A stretch of DNA of 63,831 bases, the filler included, from Perkinsus chesapeaki ATCC PRA-425 (taxonomy: Eukaryota; Protista; Perkinsozoa), in assembly GCA_013115145.1 (NCBI GenBank). It is 7 parts of 7 records of this genome, joined end to end, with 100 filler letters (N's around TTAATTAATTAA, not from the genome) between each part and the next. Parts side by side here need not be neighbours in the genome. Positions count along the whole stretch, not along the records: positions 1 to 19,620 come from JAAPAO010000636.1; 6 more parts are not named here. The stretch is one strand, 5' to 3'. The notes under the pieces are model-generated. The model searched no databases. It saw only the letters and a program-made list of their open reading frames with translations, and was not told the origin of the DNA. Below, piece by piece: positions 1-11,906 of the stretch (position 1 is its first letter; every line of letters begins with the position of its first letter). The translations under genes and the position numbers were made by a program.

Positions 1-614
1 GATAATGTTAACCAAGGCTCAACCATACCATCAGTAACATAGAATCCGTCAACGCGCTACACGAACGCGCGCAGAGCTTTCCGGCCTAGCAGGATTACCA
101 TCGGGCATGAAAATGATTGTCAATAACCAATATAGTAGATGCATACAACGGTATAGATTCTCATACCAGAGAAAACAAGGGTGGCACAAATGTCCTGAGT
201 ACCCCAGGAAATGTACACGATCGAATTGAACTCGGAAGCCATCCGGGATGGCCATCGGTGCTCACTAGAAATTGAACTGGTCAACCGTTCTTACTAAAAA
301 TTATTTTTAAAGAATACGTAGCTTACCCAGTTATGCCGTAGCTGCTACGGTGTGGTAGGGACCACAGATAACCGCAATCCGATCCGTAGCTACCTTCTAA
401 GCTCGGATTATCAAACCCATCCTCTATTGGAAGTTCACAATCTTGAGTTGAATTAGCGCGCGCCCTCTTGCGCTATGCGCGTCATCGTTCTTCATTGAAC
501 TGCTTTCTGGAGGCCTACAATGTCGCATTTTCTGAGTCCTCATCGCCGTTGTGGTAGGTGAGGCGCTGTTTACTTGCTTCTTTTCCGTTTGGCTAACCCA
601 ACTACCACGTCACA

Positions 615-2707
615 ATGCTAGTCCTCCTCGAAACAGCAGCCGGTTACGGTCTCTTTAAACTTCAAAAGGATAAGATCACCGACAGCCCCGCTGCCGTCGC
701 CGAAGCTCTCAGCAGCCCCGAGGGAGCTCAGAAGGTAACTCGCCGGATACTGTCCCGGGCGATCAACCGACTCGCCACGGCATCTCGAACGGGAACGTGA
801 CCGCTTGGCAGGCTCTACGTCTCGATGCCTGGTCCGCATTCAAGGATAACAAACACGCCTTGAGCGCTTGCTCCGCCCTTATAGAGGGTTCTATGGACAA
901 GAGGTACCTCCCTTATCCTATCATGTCGCAAATGTTTTTGTGACAGTTTGAAGAAGTTCTTGAAGAAGAATATCGTCGAGGCCGGTGTTGAGGACGAACT
1001 CGCCGTCGCCGATCTCAAGCTCGGAAGCGTAATGTCGCTCTTTACCGGACGTCGTTATGATGGTCCTCCTGGATAGGCAATCAGCAAGAAGTTCGGAATC
1101 CAATGCGTATCAAACGCGACCACTAACCAGCTTATGCGAGGCATTCGAGAGCAGCTATCCACTTTGGTGGAAGGCCTCGATGACAAGGAGCAACGCACAA
1201 TGGCTCTCGGTCTTTCCCATACCCTCAACAGGTATCGTCTACCTTTGGGCTGCTGCTCCAACTGATCGTTCCTGGGTGCCAGGTTCAAGCTGAAGTTCTC
1301 TCCCGAGAAGGTAGATACCATGATCATCCAGGCTGTATCTTTGCTTGATGATCTGGATAAGGAGCTCAACAACTTCGCCATGAGACTTAGGGAATGGTGC
1401 GTTCTGAAGAGGGGGGACCGAGGGGCTCCATGGGAGTCGTATCAGGTACGGCTGGCACTTCCCCGAGCTTTCCAAGATCGTCACTGATAACTACTCTTAC
1501 GCCAAGGTTGTGAAACTGTTAGGGTAGGACGGGAGGGTTACCCTTCAATTGGGCGATGTATGAGGAAGAAGCGGTATGGCGTGGGTTTATAGGTTCCGAA
1601 CAAACGCTAAGAATTTATCCGATGAGGCTTGGGCCGATATCATCCCTGATGAGCAGATCGTCGCCGACATCAAGACCGCCGCCGAGATCTCGATGGGAGT
1701 TGAGATCACCGAAGAGGATTTGGTACTTTGCCCCGGGTTCGAATCCCAGCCCCTCCATTTTGTATCATCAGGCTCACATCCAAGAGCTTGCCGATCGCGT
1801 TCTCGAGTTGACCGAGTACCGCGGAGCTCTGTCCGATTACCTTCACCACCGTATGGAGGCAATCGCTCCCAATCTCACCTATATGGTTGGAGAGCTCGTC
1901 GGTGCCCGACTCATCGCCCACGCTGGTTCATTGATGACCTTGGCAAAGCATCCCTCATCCACTGTGCAGATCCTTGGCGCGGAGAAGGTAGGTTGGGACT
2001 GCGAAGTCGTTGTACTTGTAGGCTCTTCTAGGCCCTCTTCCGTGCCCTCAAGACTAAGCAGGACACTCCTAAGTACGGTCTCATTTACCACGCTTCCCTG
2101 GTCGGCCAGGCTCAGCCCAAGTTCAAGGGTAAGGGGATCGGTTATAAGGCAGGCGGCGGCGGGTCATGATGATCTGTGTAGGTAAAATTTCGAGAGTGCT
2201 TGCCGCCAAGCTTTCCCTTTGCGCAAGAGTTGATGCTCTTGGTGATCAAACTGAAGTCACTGTTGGCGAAGGTTACAAGGAATACGTCGAGAGGAGGTGA
2301 CATAGCACCGCATTATCTCCTGCCCGCATTATTGTCATTCTTTAGACTGCGACAGCTTGAAGGTGGCAGTGTCGCCCAGGCCACCAAGGACTACTCCAAG
2401 CCGGCTACTCAGAAGTCTGTAGATTGCTCTTTTCCATGGGCATCTTCCGGTTCAGGTACACCAAGCCGGCTGGTGGTGCCCCCACGTATAACACCGAGGC
2501 CGACGCTGTAGTGTCGGATGAATCTTCCCACAAGAAGAAGCGTAAGCATGAGGAAGTTGATGACGATGAGGTAGTAGGGGGGCGTTGGTTGGTGTTGGAG
2601 TGGTTACTTAGGTTGAGGTTGATGTTGAGGTGGTGAAGACTAAAAAGAAGAAGTCTAAGAAGCATCACAAGAAGGCTGCAGCTGAGGAGGAAGAGGATGA
2701 GGAGTAG
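615..2707 (+). CDS. NOP58: Nucleolar protein 58 (box C/D snoRNP core), multi-exon
   Basis: Spliced across short GT-AG introns: [18 protein letters not shown]..., [10 protein letters not shown]...[110 protein letters not shown]. The Lys/Glu-rich tail ends with TAG at 2705-2707. Confidence 0.95.
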
Positions 2708-3153
2708 AGCTGCTGCTCCTCTTCGAGTCCTGTGCTACTAGACCCTCGCTGGGTTAACGTCTCATTACCATCTAACGTATAACTCTTCCTCCCTTTATCT
2801 CTACCATTCGGATTCATCACCACCAATGAATGTAACCATAGAGCTACCAGTATCCTACCAGACTAGTTGGTGCTGTTGTTGTATTGGACTAAGCAGAGTC
2901 TCTGGAAGGAAGCGCGCCACCGCCAAAGTCAAGTCGTTTTTTGAGTTCATCAGTTGTCAATTTGTAGAGGCAACATCCTGGCCCGGAAAATGCCGTAATG
3001 GCAACTATAGCGTTTTCGTCAGCGACCAAGTCCGCCTCGGCTCGGGAGCCTCTGCGGAGGTCTATGATGCATGCATCGATGTCGTCCTTGGGGGTAGGGG
3101 AGCGCTGATAGTAGGGAGCAGCAGGCGCTCAATTACAGGCGGAGGATTCATTT

Positions 3154-3740
3154 GTGATGGCGGCAAGGTCCCCTCGGAATGGCGGGACATGGCCGGGCTT
3201 GGGCAGTTACCAAAGCTTCTCGACAGTGAGAGCGGCGCCGGCTGCTGCTGGTCAGGGGGCCCGTGTTGGCGGTAGCTTCATAGCTTTACTGGAGGAGCTA
3301 ATGGAACGAGATAAGGGCATGAAGGATAGAACGGAAAGGAAAGAGAGGTACTATGGGGACACGGGGCGATTTTATGCCTGTGGAGGGGACTTGCTAGTGG
3401 CAGACTTGGAGGCGTTACTCCAGTGGAGGGCTCCGGTGCATGCAGTGCCTTCTCCTTGCCGCCCGATTCAGCTAGATCAACAGTATCATCAGCTCGAGGG
3501 GTAAGTACTCTCCGGCCGCAGCAACCCAACCGAGGGACGTTTCAGGGAGTTCCTCTGTCGGCCCTGCCAAAGCGCAACTCGCCTCGGATGCAGTACACCA
3601 ACAGATCAGCTCCCTCGACGGCTGGGAGTGCCCGACGGACGACCCTATACAGTCGCCCGCTCGACCTCAGAGCCTCGAGTCTTGGCCCTCCAGCAATTGA
3701 TACAGAGAGAGCTCGACATCGAGGAATATGGCAGCGTTAG
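3154..3740 (+). CDS. Low-complexity hypothetical coding region; either a separate small gene or upstream exons of the HOOK gene
   Basis: Overlapping ORFs with plausible GT-AG junctions (MAARSPRNGG...LLEELMERDK; VLALQQLIQRELDIEEYG). No recognisable domain, and the exon chain is unresolved. Confidence 0.3.
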
Positions 3741-3838
3741 GTTGTTGAAGTGTACTATATCCATCCCAGGCAGCTTCATGTCGCGTCCGGGCTGTTGGGG
3801 AGGGGGTCGGAAGAGCTCTCAGAGTTCTCTGTTACTTA

Positions 3839-6800
3839 ATGAAGGATCACCATGGCCAGCATATCGATGAAGAAGAGTCCCTCGTGGCGTGGGCTCGTGG
3901 GGCTCTTCGGCTCGGCAGAGGGTCATCCTCTCCGGTATCGATAGCAACCCTGAGCGACCTGGCCTCGACCAGAGTTGCCCTCAGGCTGCTGGCTGACATG
4001 TAGCAATCGGCAGCGTTTGAAGGGAAGTCCATTGTGCTGTAGGGACTCCAACTACTTCAATGTTTCTATGTCCGATGATGAACTCAAGACGAGCTTGTCA
4101 CGGTTTTTCGAGGAGGTTGGCTGATCTGGAGCGCCGAATGTCCAGCTCATCCGTAGGACTTCGGCAGCCCGCTGCCTTCTAAGACTCTCGATCGAGCCCT
4201 ACGCGACCCTAAGAAGCTCTACAGTCTGGTATTGGTGGTAGGGGCTAAATGCCCGCGCCATGAGGAGTAATGAAGGCCTCACTTTCCATACGGAACAAGG
4301 CCTACTCTAAGGTGGCAGGAGTTGTCTGGCTGCTTAGGTATATTACACATATGATGAGCTTGCCGGAGTCGGTCCAGGGATACATACGTCACCGAATAAC
4401 ATGGGCATCGCAGCTTTGCAGTGAGCTCTCATACCGCTCTCTCGTATAATCGTAGTAGCCTCAGATGGTGCCGCCTCGAGCAGTGGATCGGAGGACTCTG
4501 ATGAGGCTCGTTTCCATCACCATCACAGGCGGCACTCGAGGCGGTAGTACAGCTGGTGTTCGTCGGAAAGTACGATGTAGCTTAGGAGCCCTGGAGAGAG
4601 CGCTAGAAGTCATACTAGTGGGAGAGACAATACAGAGGGGAAGAAAGCGCATGCCTGGTACTAGGGGGTGACTAGAGCACACTAATAGTTGGGTCAGGCC
4701 ACGGCCGGGGGAAGTTAAAATTGCCATGGCGGCCACCAATGCAGCAGCAGCGAACGCCTCTCTTTCCCAGCATTTGATAGACTCGCTCCAAGATGAAGTT
4801 GAGAGGCTTCAGGTGAGGTGGGGAGACAGTTCCGAGAGGGGAAGATGGTGAGCAGGCCGACAAGATCCGGTTGGAGGGGGCGTTGGCGGACGCCCGGAGT
4901 GAGCTACAAAAGGGCCATCAAGCGCTATTGGACACCAGCCATCAGAACGTGGAGAAAGTGGGCTGGTGGCTGCGGCTTGAGTTGGAGCAGCTGCTGTGCA
5001 GGACATGGAACGAGAAGAAGAATTTGAAAGGGAAATGGCCAAAGTAGTGGGGGAGAAGGCAGCATTGGAGAGAAGAATAATGGAGGAGAAATCGAGGCAC
5101 GAGAATGAGACCTCTGGACTGCGAAGCCAGCTGGAGGCGAAGGCAGAGACTGCGGCTATGGTACTAGGGGATCTGAGGGAGGTATGGTATGGCCTGGACA
5201 GGTGCCTGGCTTGGAAAGGACGATTAGGGCACTCCGAGAGCAGACGGCTGAGATGGATACATTAAAAGAGCGCAATCGAAGTCTAATGAAAAGGGTTGCC
5301 GATTTCGAGCAGCTCGTCGCCAGTGAGGAGGAAGCCGCGGCTTGGTGAAGTTTGGTGGTGAATAGGTGCCTCCAATGGAGATAGCAGTAAGGTAGCAGTT
5401 GAAGCCCTTAAGCAGGAGAACAGGAATCTCAAGTCTGAGCTGGCAGAGATGAGGGCGTTAAGGCAGTCTGTGCAGGAGGATAGTGAACACACTGCAAGGG
5501 AGCTTGGTATGGAACACTCCAGGGAGGGCCAAAGCGTTACGATGGAAGGGATATCAATCCTTGGACCTATCAGATAGATCCATTGGAGCGTAAAATCCTG
5601 TAATATTCCAATTCTTCACAGTCTGTTCGCTCTACGTCGGCGGCGGCGGCAGTAGTCTATATATGGGTGCAGTCGGTACGGTGCGAGTGAGACCGTGTTC
5701 GGTAAGGTATGGAAGCTGCCGTCCATCAGTCTTGAAATGTTATCTATTCAAACGAGGAGGGCATCGATCCAAGCTCGAGGATCGCCCTTACTGCGAAAAT
5801 ACAACTTGTTGAATAGAAATTTCGGTACGAAACGTGTAGAGCGAAAGGAAAATGCCTGATGTTCCTCTATGACACTCTGATGTGTCCAAACCACTTAAAG
5901 TGCTTATGGGCTGCTTTACGTCATATTCTGTCAGCTGCAGTCAGAGAGGAGTTGGCGCGGACGAAGGAGGACCTGTTAGCTGTTAAGGCAGAGAAAAGGA
6001 TTCATTCTGATGGCCATTCAGGAGAGGTCCCAAAAGAGGTACCGGTGGTCGGGCTGGGTGAGGGTGGCGACCGTGCAGTTCAGCTGCTGGCACGGTTGGA
6101 ACGGGAAAACGAAACACTTCGGGAATTTGCCGAAGCGAAGGAACCCGGATCGTCGATGTTGGTGACGAGGATCAGCAATTTGCAGGAGGAAAACGAGCGG
6201 TTAAGTGGGGCACTTGGAAAAGCGCTGGATGAGGTGAGGGTTGCTGGCCCACCATGGAGGATGGCGGTGGGCAGGTCAGACAGCTGGAGGAGGCGGTTCG
6301 GAAGGCAGAGGCCTCGGAGACTGGAGGGGCCAGCTCGGAGCGAGTTGAGAAGCTCACTGATGAGCTGTTGGCCGCAAAGGACACCAACTACACTCTGAAG
6401 GCCGAGCTCAACAACCTGCAGACTCAACTGGCAGTGAAGGAAAAGGAGCTTGAGGTGGAGTGATGTGGTATATAGGGAGATCGGATACGTTGTGAACAGT
6501 TGGCGCTGGCGAATGGGGGGAGCGCAGCGTCGTCATCGGAGAGAGTTACGGAGCTTGAGACGCAGAATGAGGCGTTGGTAGAGCTGATGCAGACTTTGAA
6601 GGAGCAGGTCGGAGGGTGGCGGCGGCGGTGATTTGAGGACTGGACGATTCTGATAGATAATCATTCGAGAGGAGGAGACGCAAATTTACAGACAGCAAAG
6701 GCACGAGGAATCAGAAAGTCAAAGGAAGGAGGAGAGGCTTCTGGTGACGGCACTTTATGAACTTGGTTTGAGGTGCTGCTGGAATCGGTTTGCCGATCTT

Positions 6801-6932
6801 CATCTCTTCATCATCATCAGGTACCATTATTTGCGACTGACTCCTTGCCAGCGATGTGGCGAACTTGCTGATTCCTGTGTGACGAGTAGTAGAAGTGGTA
6901 GTAGCTCTGGTCAGTATTCTATGTCAAATTAA
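3839..6932 (+). CDS. HOOK-family coiled-coil protein (dynein adaptor-like), multi-exon
   Basis: Reassembled exons give EEESLVAW...LSDLASTRVALRLLADMDSNYF and KKLYSLVLVVGAKCPRHEE/YITHMMSLPESVQ (cf. HOOK N-domain LLQLILGCA..C..KQEHIQNIMTLEESVQ). A long heptad region follows, then the C-terminal RKEERLLVTALYELGLRYH (cf. HOOK EEKLI.SAWY..G). The start at ATG 3839 is tentative. Confidence 0.75.
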
Positions 6933-7027
6933 AGACGTATCATTATGAATACATTGCTTTGAATTAACGCAAGTCAATAATGGAGATAAGGAACACTAAT
7001 GTATGATATACAAATGATGACGACGAC

Positions 7028-8557
7028 CTACAGTCTATCACACTTGGGAAATGGTCGACAGTCTCCTTTCGGTCCAAACATATAGCTCGCACAGTGCTTA
7101 CCCGCAATTCGCCCGAACACGACACAATCGAGCAGGGCGCTTCCGCCAAGTCGGTTGCTGCCGTGGATGCCACCAGCGACCTCACCAGCGGCGTAAAGGC
7201 CGTTCACAACACGCTGGCGGCTGCTGTCATTCAGCCGCTTAACTTCAGCATTCTCGGAGATAGCCAACCCGCCCATACAGTAATGAACCGACGGGGTTAC
7301 CACTAAAACATGGAGTTTGTCGGCTGCAGCAATCGGAGCATTAGGGAAGTACATCTTGCCGAACTGGTCCCAACTGCCACCACTGGCGAAGGCAGGATAG
7401 GGTCCTCCAGCGGGAGAGGATGCACTCTTCGATGCTGCCGTGGAATAGACTTTGAAAGTCTTCTCCAGTTTGCCGGCAGGGATGTGCATTTCTTCCGCCA
7501 AGTCAGCAGCCGAGCCAAACTCCTGCATGAGTTGCAGATTCTGATAATGTCGGCAGTGCATTTCGACGTCTCTGGCGGCCTTGGAGTTGAGGACCAATCT
7601 GAACGGTCCTTGATGCCTCCACATCTCGCTCACAATATAGTCCCTCCTGCCCAGCTCGTTACAGAACCTTTCACCCGACTGGTCGATAAGAATGCCACCA
7701 GCGCCGCGTAAGGCCTCGGCGGCGAGGAACTTAACTCGAGCATCGGGGTTTCGTGGATCGATGATGCCGGTCGGATGGACTTGAACCCACTCCATATCAA
7801 CTGTACTGGCGCCGACGTTCTCCGCAATTTTAATGCCATCACCAGTCACCTGGACGGCGTTGGTGGTCGGCAAGTGTAGCAGATCGGGCCTGTGCTTGGC
7901 AATGAGAGATGAACCGGAGAAGTCAGCGCCGAAGCCTCCAGTGGCCAGAATCACCGGGCCGTATTCAGCATACTCCTTGCCGTTGCTATCTACGTATTTA
8001 ACACCAATCACTCTCTCATGATCGGGCGACCGCAACAGCTCAGTTACTTGCGCATTGGTGATGAGCCGCGCTTGAGAGTTCGCTTGCTTAGTCAACTTTT
8101 CAAACCTGTCCAGCAGAGGGTACGTGATTGCCACACCCGGGAAGAACTGTTTCGCCCGATGAGTCCGCGGCTGGGAGTGGCCCCCCATTCGAGATACTAT
8201 CGGCAAATCGACACCAAAACTCATTTTGAGCCATCCGAGGGCATCTGCGGACTCTTCGCAGAGCTCGTGGACCAGCTCGGAGCGCTTCGCCCCGCCGCGC
8301 ACGGTATCGTCCTCGAAGCACTGGACCGAGTCCTTGATGCCTTCACTCGCCTGGGCGGCTGTCGGGACGGCATTCATACCACTCTTCGCTTTCATCGAGT
8401 TTCCTCCGCAAATGGGAGCCTTCTCTATTATCAAGCATCGGCCTCCCTCCTGCATGATAGTGTGTGCAGCGGTCAGGCCGGCCAAGCCGCCCCCAACCAC
8501 GATGGCCTGGTGAGCTGGGTAGACGTGGGGCGCTGAGGCCATGGGATCAACTTCCAT
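7028..8557 (-). CDS. Soluble flavocytochrome-c-type fumarate reductase (Frd1/Osm1-like), intronless
   Basis: FAD-binding IVVGGGLAG, GGNSMKA.SG.NA, GGHSQPRTH, VILATGGF, VQVHPTG, AEALRGAGG, HYCMGG, GEVAGGIHGSNRLGGSALLDCVVFG. The start is ATG 8557 or 8542. Confidence 0.92.
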   Translation of the reverse strand: MEVDPMASAPHVYPAHQAIVVGGGLAGLTAAHTIMQEGGRCLIIEKAPICGGNSMKAKSGMNAVPTAAQASEGIKDSVQCFEDDTVRGGAKRSELVHELCEESADALGWLKMSFGVDLPIVSRMGGHSQPRTHRAKQFFPGVAITYPLLDRFEKLTKQANSQARLITNAQVTELLRSPDHERVIGVKYVDSNGKEYAEYGPVILATGGFGADFSGSSLIAKHRPDLLHLPTTNAVQVTGDGIKIAENVGASTVDMEWVQVHPTGIIDPRNPDARVKFLAAEALRGAGGILIDQSGERFCNELGRRDYIVSEMWRHQGPFRLVLNSKAARDVEMHCRHYQNLQLMQEFGSAADLAEEMHIPAGKLEKTFKVYSTAASKSASSPAGGPYPAFASGGSWDQFGKMYFPNAPIAAADKLHVLVVTPSVHYCMGGLAISENAEVKRLNDSSRQRVVNGLYAAGEVAGGIHGSNRLGGSALLDCVVFGRIAGKHCASYMFGPKGDCRPFPKCDRL

Positions 8558-8615
8558 CCCGGAAAAGGAAAACTGACTCTACGATGCGCCAGAAATAACA
8601 CAGAACTGATTGGAT

Positions 8616-11080
8616 TTAATAGGGAAAATAACTGCTGACATTCGCGGGGAGTTGATCGGCCATGCCAGGGACCATGGTGAAATATGTAACCATGAGCATG
8701 TTGCACAACGATTGGCTGGAATAGATTTTACAGCCGCTAAAGGACACAATGAAGTCTCCCTCTTCGTGAGCTGAGGAGGAGGACAAGTGGCTGGCGCAGT
8801 CCGGGGGATTGCTCACCAATGTGAGTCTTGAGCATACTAGCGACCACTGGAGGGTAGACGTTGAGCTGCTTCTGAGGTAGGAAGTGGACAGCTGGTATGT
8901 GACCGAGGTTATCACTGAAAAGTATACGAAGGGGAGTTGATGGGAGGGCCGCCGGGCACCAGGTATTATACAAGCACTGTAATGGTAAACAGGAAATATG
9001 TTACGAAAGAGGCGCCTACACAGAGTCGATCCTGGTTTACCTTATGCACCTTTAGCGGTTGATAGAGACCACAGTACTGGTTAAAGCGTGCATCACAACA
9101 AATGGCTTTGGGTGTAACCACATCTACACCAATGCCCCTCTAGGCTATATGAGGACTACGATGCGAGCAAAGTGTGGTAGAAATATTAAGCGGTAGGAGA
9201 AAAAAGGAAAATAAATTCATGGTAATACGGAAGGGTGCCACGGTGGTAAGTATCTTTGCGCAGCCGGAAGATTTTCTAAAGTCCGGCCAAGATACTACTC
9301 CTTATCATTGTAGTCTCCTTCCAATGTGCTGTTAGCATCAGCAAAGGCGGCAAGCTGGACCGGGAGTGACAGCCACCACATGACTCCGGTCTGGTCCCAC
9401 CAAGGATGAAAGGTCATCGGGGAGCGATTGAAGGTCATAGAACGAGTCTAAAGGGAGAAGCGTTATACAGTGCAGAGCGTATCGATAACCTTATGCATGA
9501 ACCAGTAGCCCCACGGGGTGGATTTAATGAAGAAGATGCCGGTGTTGAGCATAAGGCCGTCCTCGCTGGTGATGAGCTGAAGGCCTTCCTCCTTGCCGAG
9601 TAGAGCAGGGATGTCAGAGTCGGCAAGGAGAAGCTGAGACACTCGCCTCGACACCTGCGGATGGTCGCCAGTCTAAAAGGCTGGACGAAGAGATGCTGAC
9701 CGAGAGCGGCCGCACCTCCAACCGTTCCTCCTCTACGATCTTCTCAACTAAGTTGTCAAATTTACGCATTAGTTTGCTGCGTGTTGTAGTAGTATTTGAT
9801 GGGCGCCATGCAGCAAGCTTTCTAACTCTCGCCTTGGTGCGTTCGCTTGGCTTCAGCTGTCCAGCATTGCCGCCCTATCAAAAGTCTCGTCATCTTGAAT
9901 ACAGTGTAACATTACAGAATGCTCAGCCGCGGCCAATGCCAAGACATCTTCGAGGCGAACTTCAGGGGTCATGAAGTAGCTATCACAATCCATCCACATA
10001 ACCCAGTCATAATGTCCACTACCAAGAGCCTGACTACACCATCTAGCAGTTGGCACAGCTTTGGCGAGGCTACCTCCATCACGGCATCGATCTTGGACCA
10101 CGCTGGGGGCCGGGAAGGGTAGATATCTGCTATATCTGTGAAAGCATCGTGATGCATAGGGGACTTCGTGTGAACTATAAGATCGTATCTAAGGGGCTTG
10201 CATCGTAAACCATACTAGTTGCTGCGGTGCACACCCATGCAGGTCAGCATAGGCCTTCTTGTTCCGTTTGCTGAGCTCTGCCAGGGGGGTAGCAGCAGCA
10301 TTGTAATCGCATACAGACACTATAGCGATCTTCAAGTCCTTCTGGGACACTACTCCTGCGGATCTGACTCTCCGTTGCCTTCTCATCCATACTGGACTGA
10401 GCCTACTTTATGGCCTTCCTAGTGGGCTCCCGAGACCAAGGGTGCCGTCGATCCTCTATGGTGCGCATTACAGCCGCCTTGGTAGTCAGCATGGATGATA
10501 TTGTGTCCTCCCAACGCAAAGGCCACTGGGATTGGTCTATATATTCCTAAGTGTTGTGTCAACTGTCCCCCTTGCCACCAGATAGTACCTCCCCCTTCAT
10601 CTGGTAGTCATAGCTTGCCAAGATGCTGGTCCATTGTCTTTGCCGTAGAGCCCTAACAGGCATGCCCGAGGCCTCGAAGCAGTTGGCTAGGACCTAGGGG
10701 GCCCTATAGGGTAGGTGTAGTGCAGTGGCACCTGTGAAGCTGCGGCCATCCCTGTGGAGCACTCGAAGGCCCCCTCGGAACTCTCGATTGGGAGGAATTG
10801 ATCTCGCATGGCTTTGCCGAGCAACGTGATGCAAGCAGGAAAATCATATTCATTGTGTCTGAGACTATATGACGCGCTTCAACCTAAGATATTACGCTTC
10901 AACAGCCTGGGCAAGATTGGCATAGAACCGTTCCCATCGGGGCCCTCCACAGTAATCTCGGCCGATGAAGTCCTTCATGCCCTCCGGCATGCTAATACCT
11001 GCTCCACTGCCCGCGGCGAGGCCCTGTGCGTCACCGCGCCTCGAGAGTGCTGCTAGAAGGAGAAGAACTGCCGACGTCAT
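8616..11080 (-). CDS. Glycosyltransferase family 34 (MNN10/GMA12-like), multi-exon, N-terminal signal/anchor
   Basis: MTSAVLLLLAALSRRG...; IAIVSVCDY...NKKAYADLHG; WVMWMDCDSYFM (DxD motif); EDGLMLNTGIFFIKSTPW; WWDQTGV; VHFLPQKQLNVYP; GDFIVSFSGC. Stop at 8616. Confidence 0.8.
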
Positions 11081-11261
11081 AGATGCTGGTTAAAATCGCC
11101 ATGCTTCAGCGGCGGGCGGGCGCTAATGCTAAATGAGGCTTACATGCAGCTTGCAAGAAAAGAGTATGATTCGCCGCGCCCGCGTGCGACCGTTTCACGC
11201 AGCCGCCGGCGAAGCTTTGGTGTTATCATCAACAACTTGCTTGTTTAATTTATTAATCATT

Positions 11262-11906
11262 ATGAGCGCTACTGTCCAGGCAACTGCTCAGCCTACTACT
11301 GTACCTGCTGCTACTACAGCTCAGCTACCTAATTATGTACAGCCCAGCACTACATCACAGATACAACCTCCTCAAGGGCCTATGATTGATGAGAAGATTG
11401 TTCAGAAGCAAAAGGAGAAGGCTTTGAGGGAGTTGGAGTCTCGAGTGAAGCTTGCATTGCAGCAGCATGAGCAGATGTATCAGCTACAGCGGTCCCACAT
11501 CATGGCCGACCACGACAGGCAAGTAGAGTACACCAAGGCCACCATTGAGAAGGAAAGACAAGCTGCTATGTTCGACTTGGAGAGCCAGTACCAGACTAAC
11601 ACCCGAGGCCTTGAGCAGTCTGCTATTCAGCAGCGCATGCAGATTGAGACTACTGCTATGCAACTTGACATTCAAGCTCATCAACAGAAGATGATTCAAG
11701 AGCATCAAGAGCGGGAAAAGAAGTGGACTGGTCAGCCTGCTGCAGCCCAGACCATCGCCGCCCCCCAGCCCTACGTTGCTCCCGCTAGCTATAGCGCTTT
11801 CGGACAGCCTGGCGTCCAACCTGCTGTGACCACAACTTACACTACTACTGTCCAGCAGCAACAGCCCCAGGCGAGTGCCGCCGATGCTGCCGCTCAACAG
11901 CAGTAG
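11262..11906 (+). CDS. Gln-rich coiled-coil hypothetical protein, intronless
   Basis: Clean ORF with biased codon use. P/T/Q/A-rich termini flank a helical core (KQKEKALRELESRVKLALQQHEQ...LEQSAIQQRMQIETTAMQLDIQAHQQK). ATG at 11262. Confidence 0.8.
   Translation: MSATVQATAQPTTVPAATTAQLPNYVQPSTTSQIQPPQGPMIDEKIVQKQKEKALRELESRVKLALQQHEQMYQLQRSHIMADHDRQVEYTKATIEKERQAAMFDLESQYQTNTRGLEQSAIQQRMQIETTAMQLDIQAHQQKMIQEHQEREKKWTGQPAAAQTIAAPQPYVAPASYSAFGQPGVQPAVTTTYTTTVQQQQPQASAADAAAQQQ

Noticed and set aside
1-614. ORF 49-255 (-) and the 15-nt palindrome CCGTAGCTGCTACGG at 336-350
   Set aside because: No recognisable protein, and a short palindrome is expected by chance; possibly the start of a divergent gene outside the window.
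615-2707. Intronic box C/D snoRNAs in NOP58
   Set aside because: The introns are roughly 45-80 nt and none has a paired C box and terminal D box; the one ATGATGA lies next to the acceptor.
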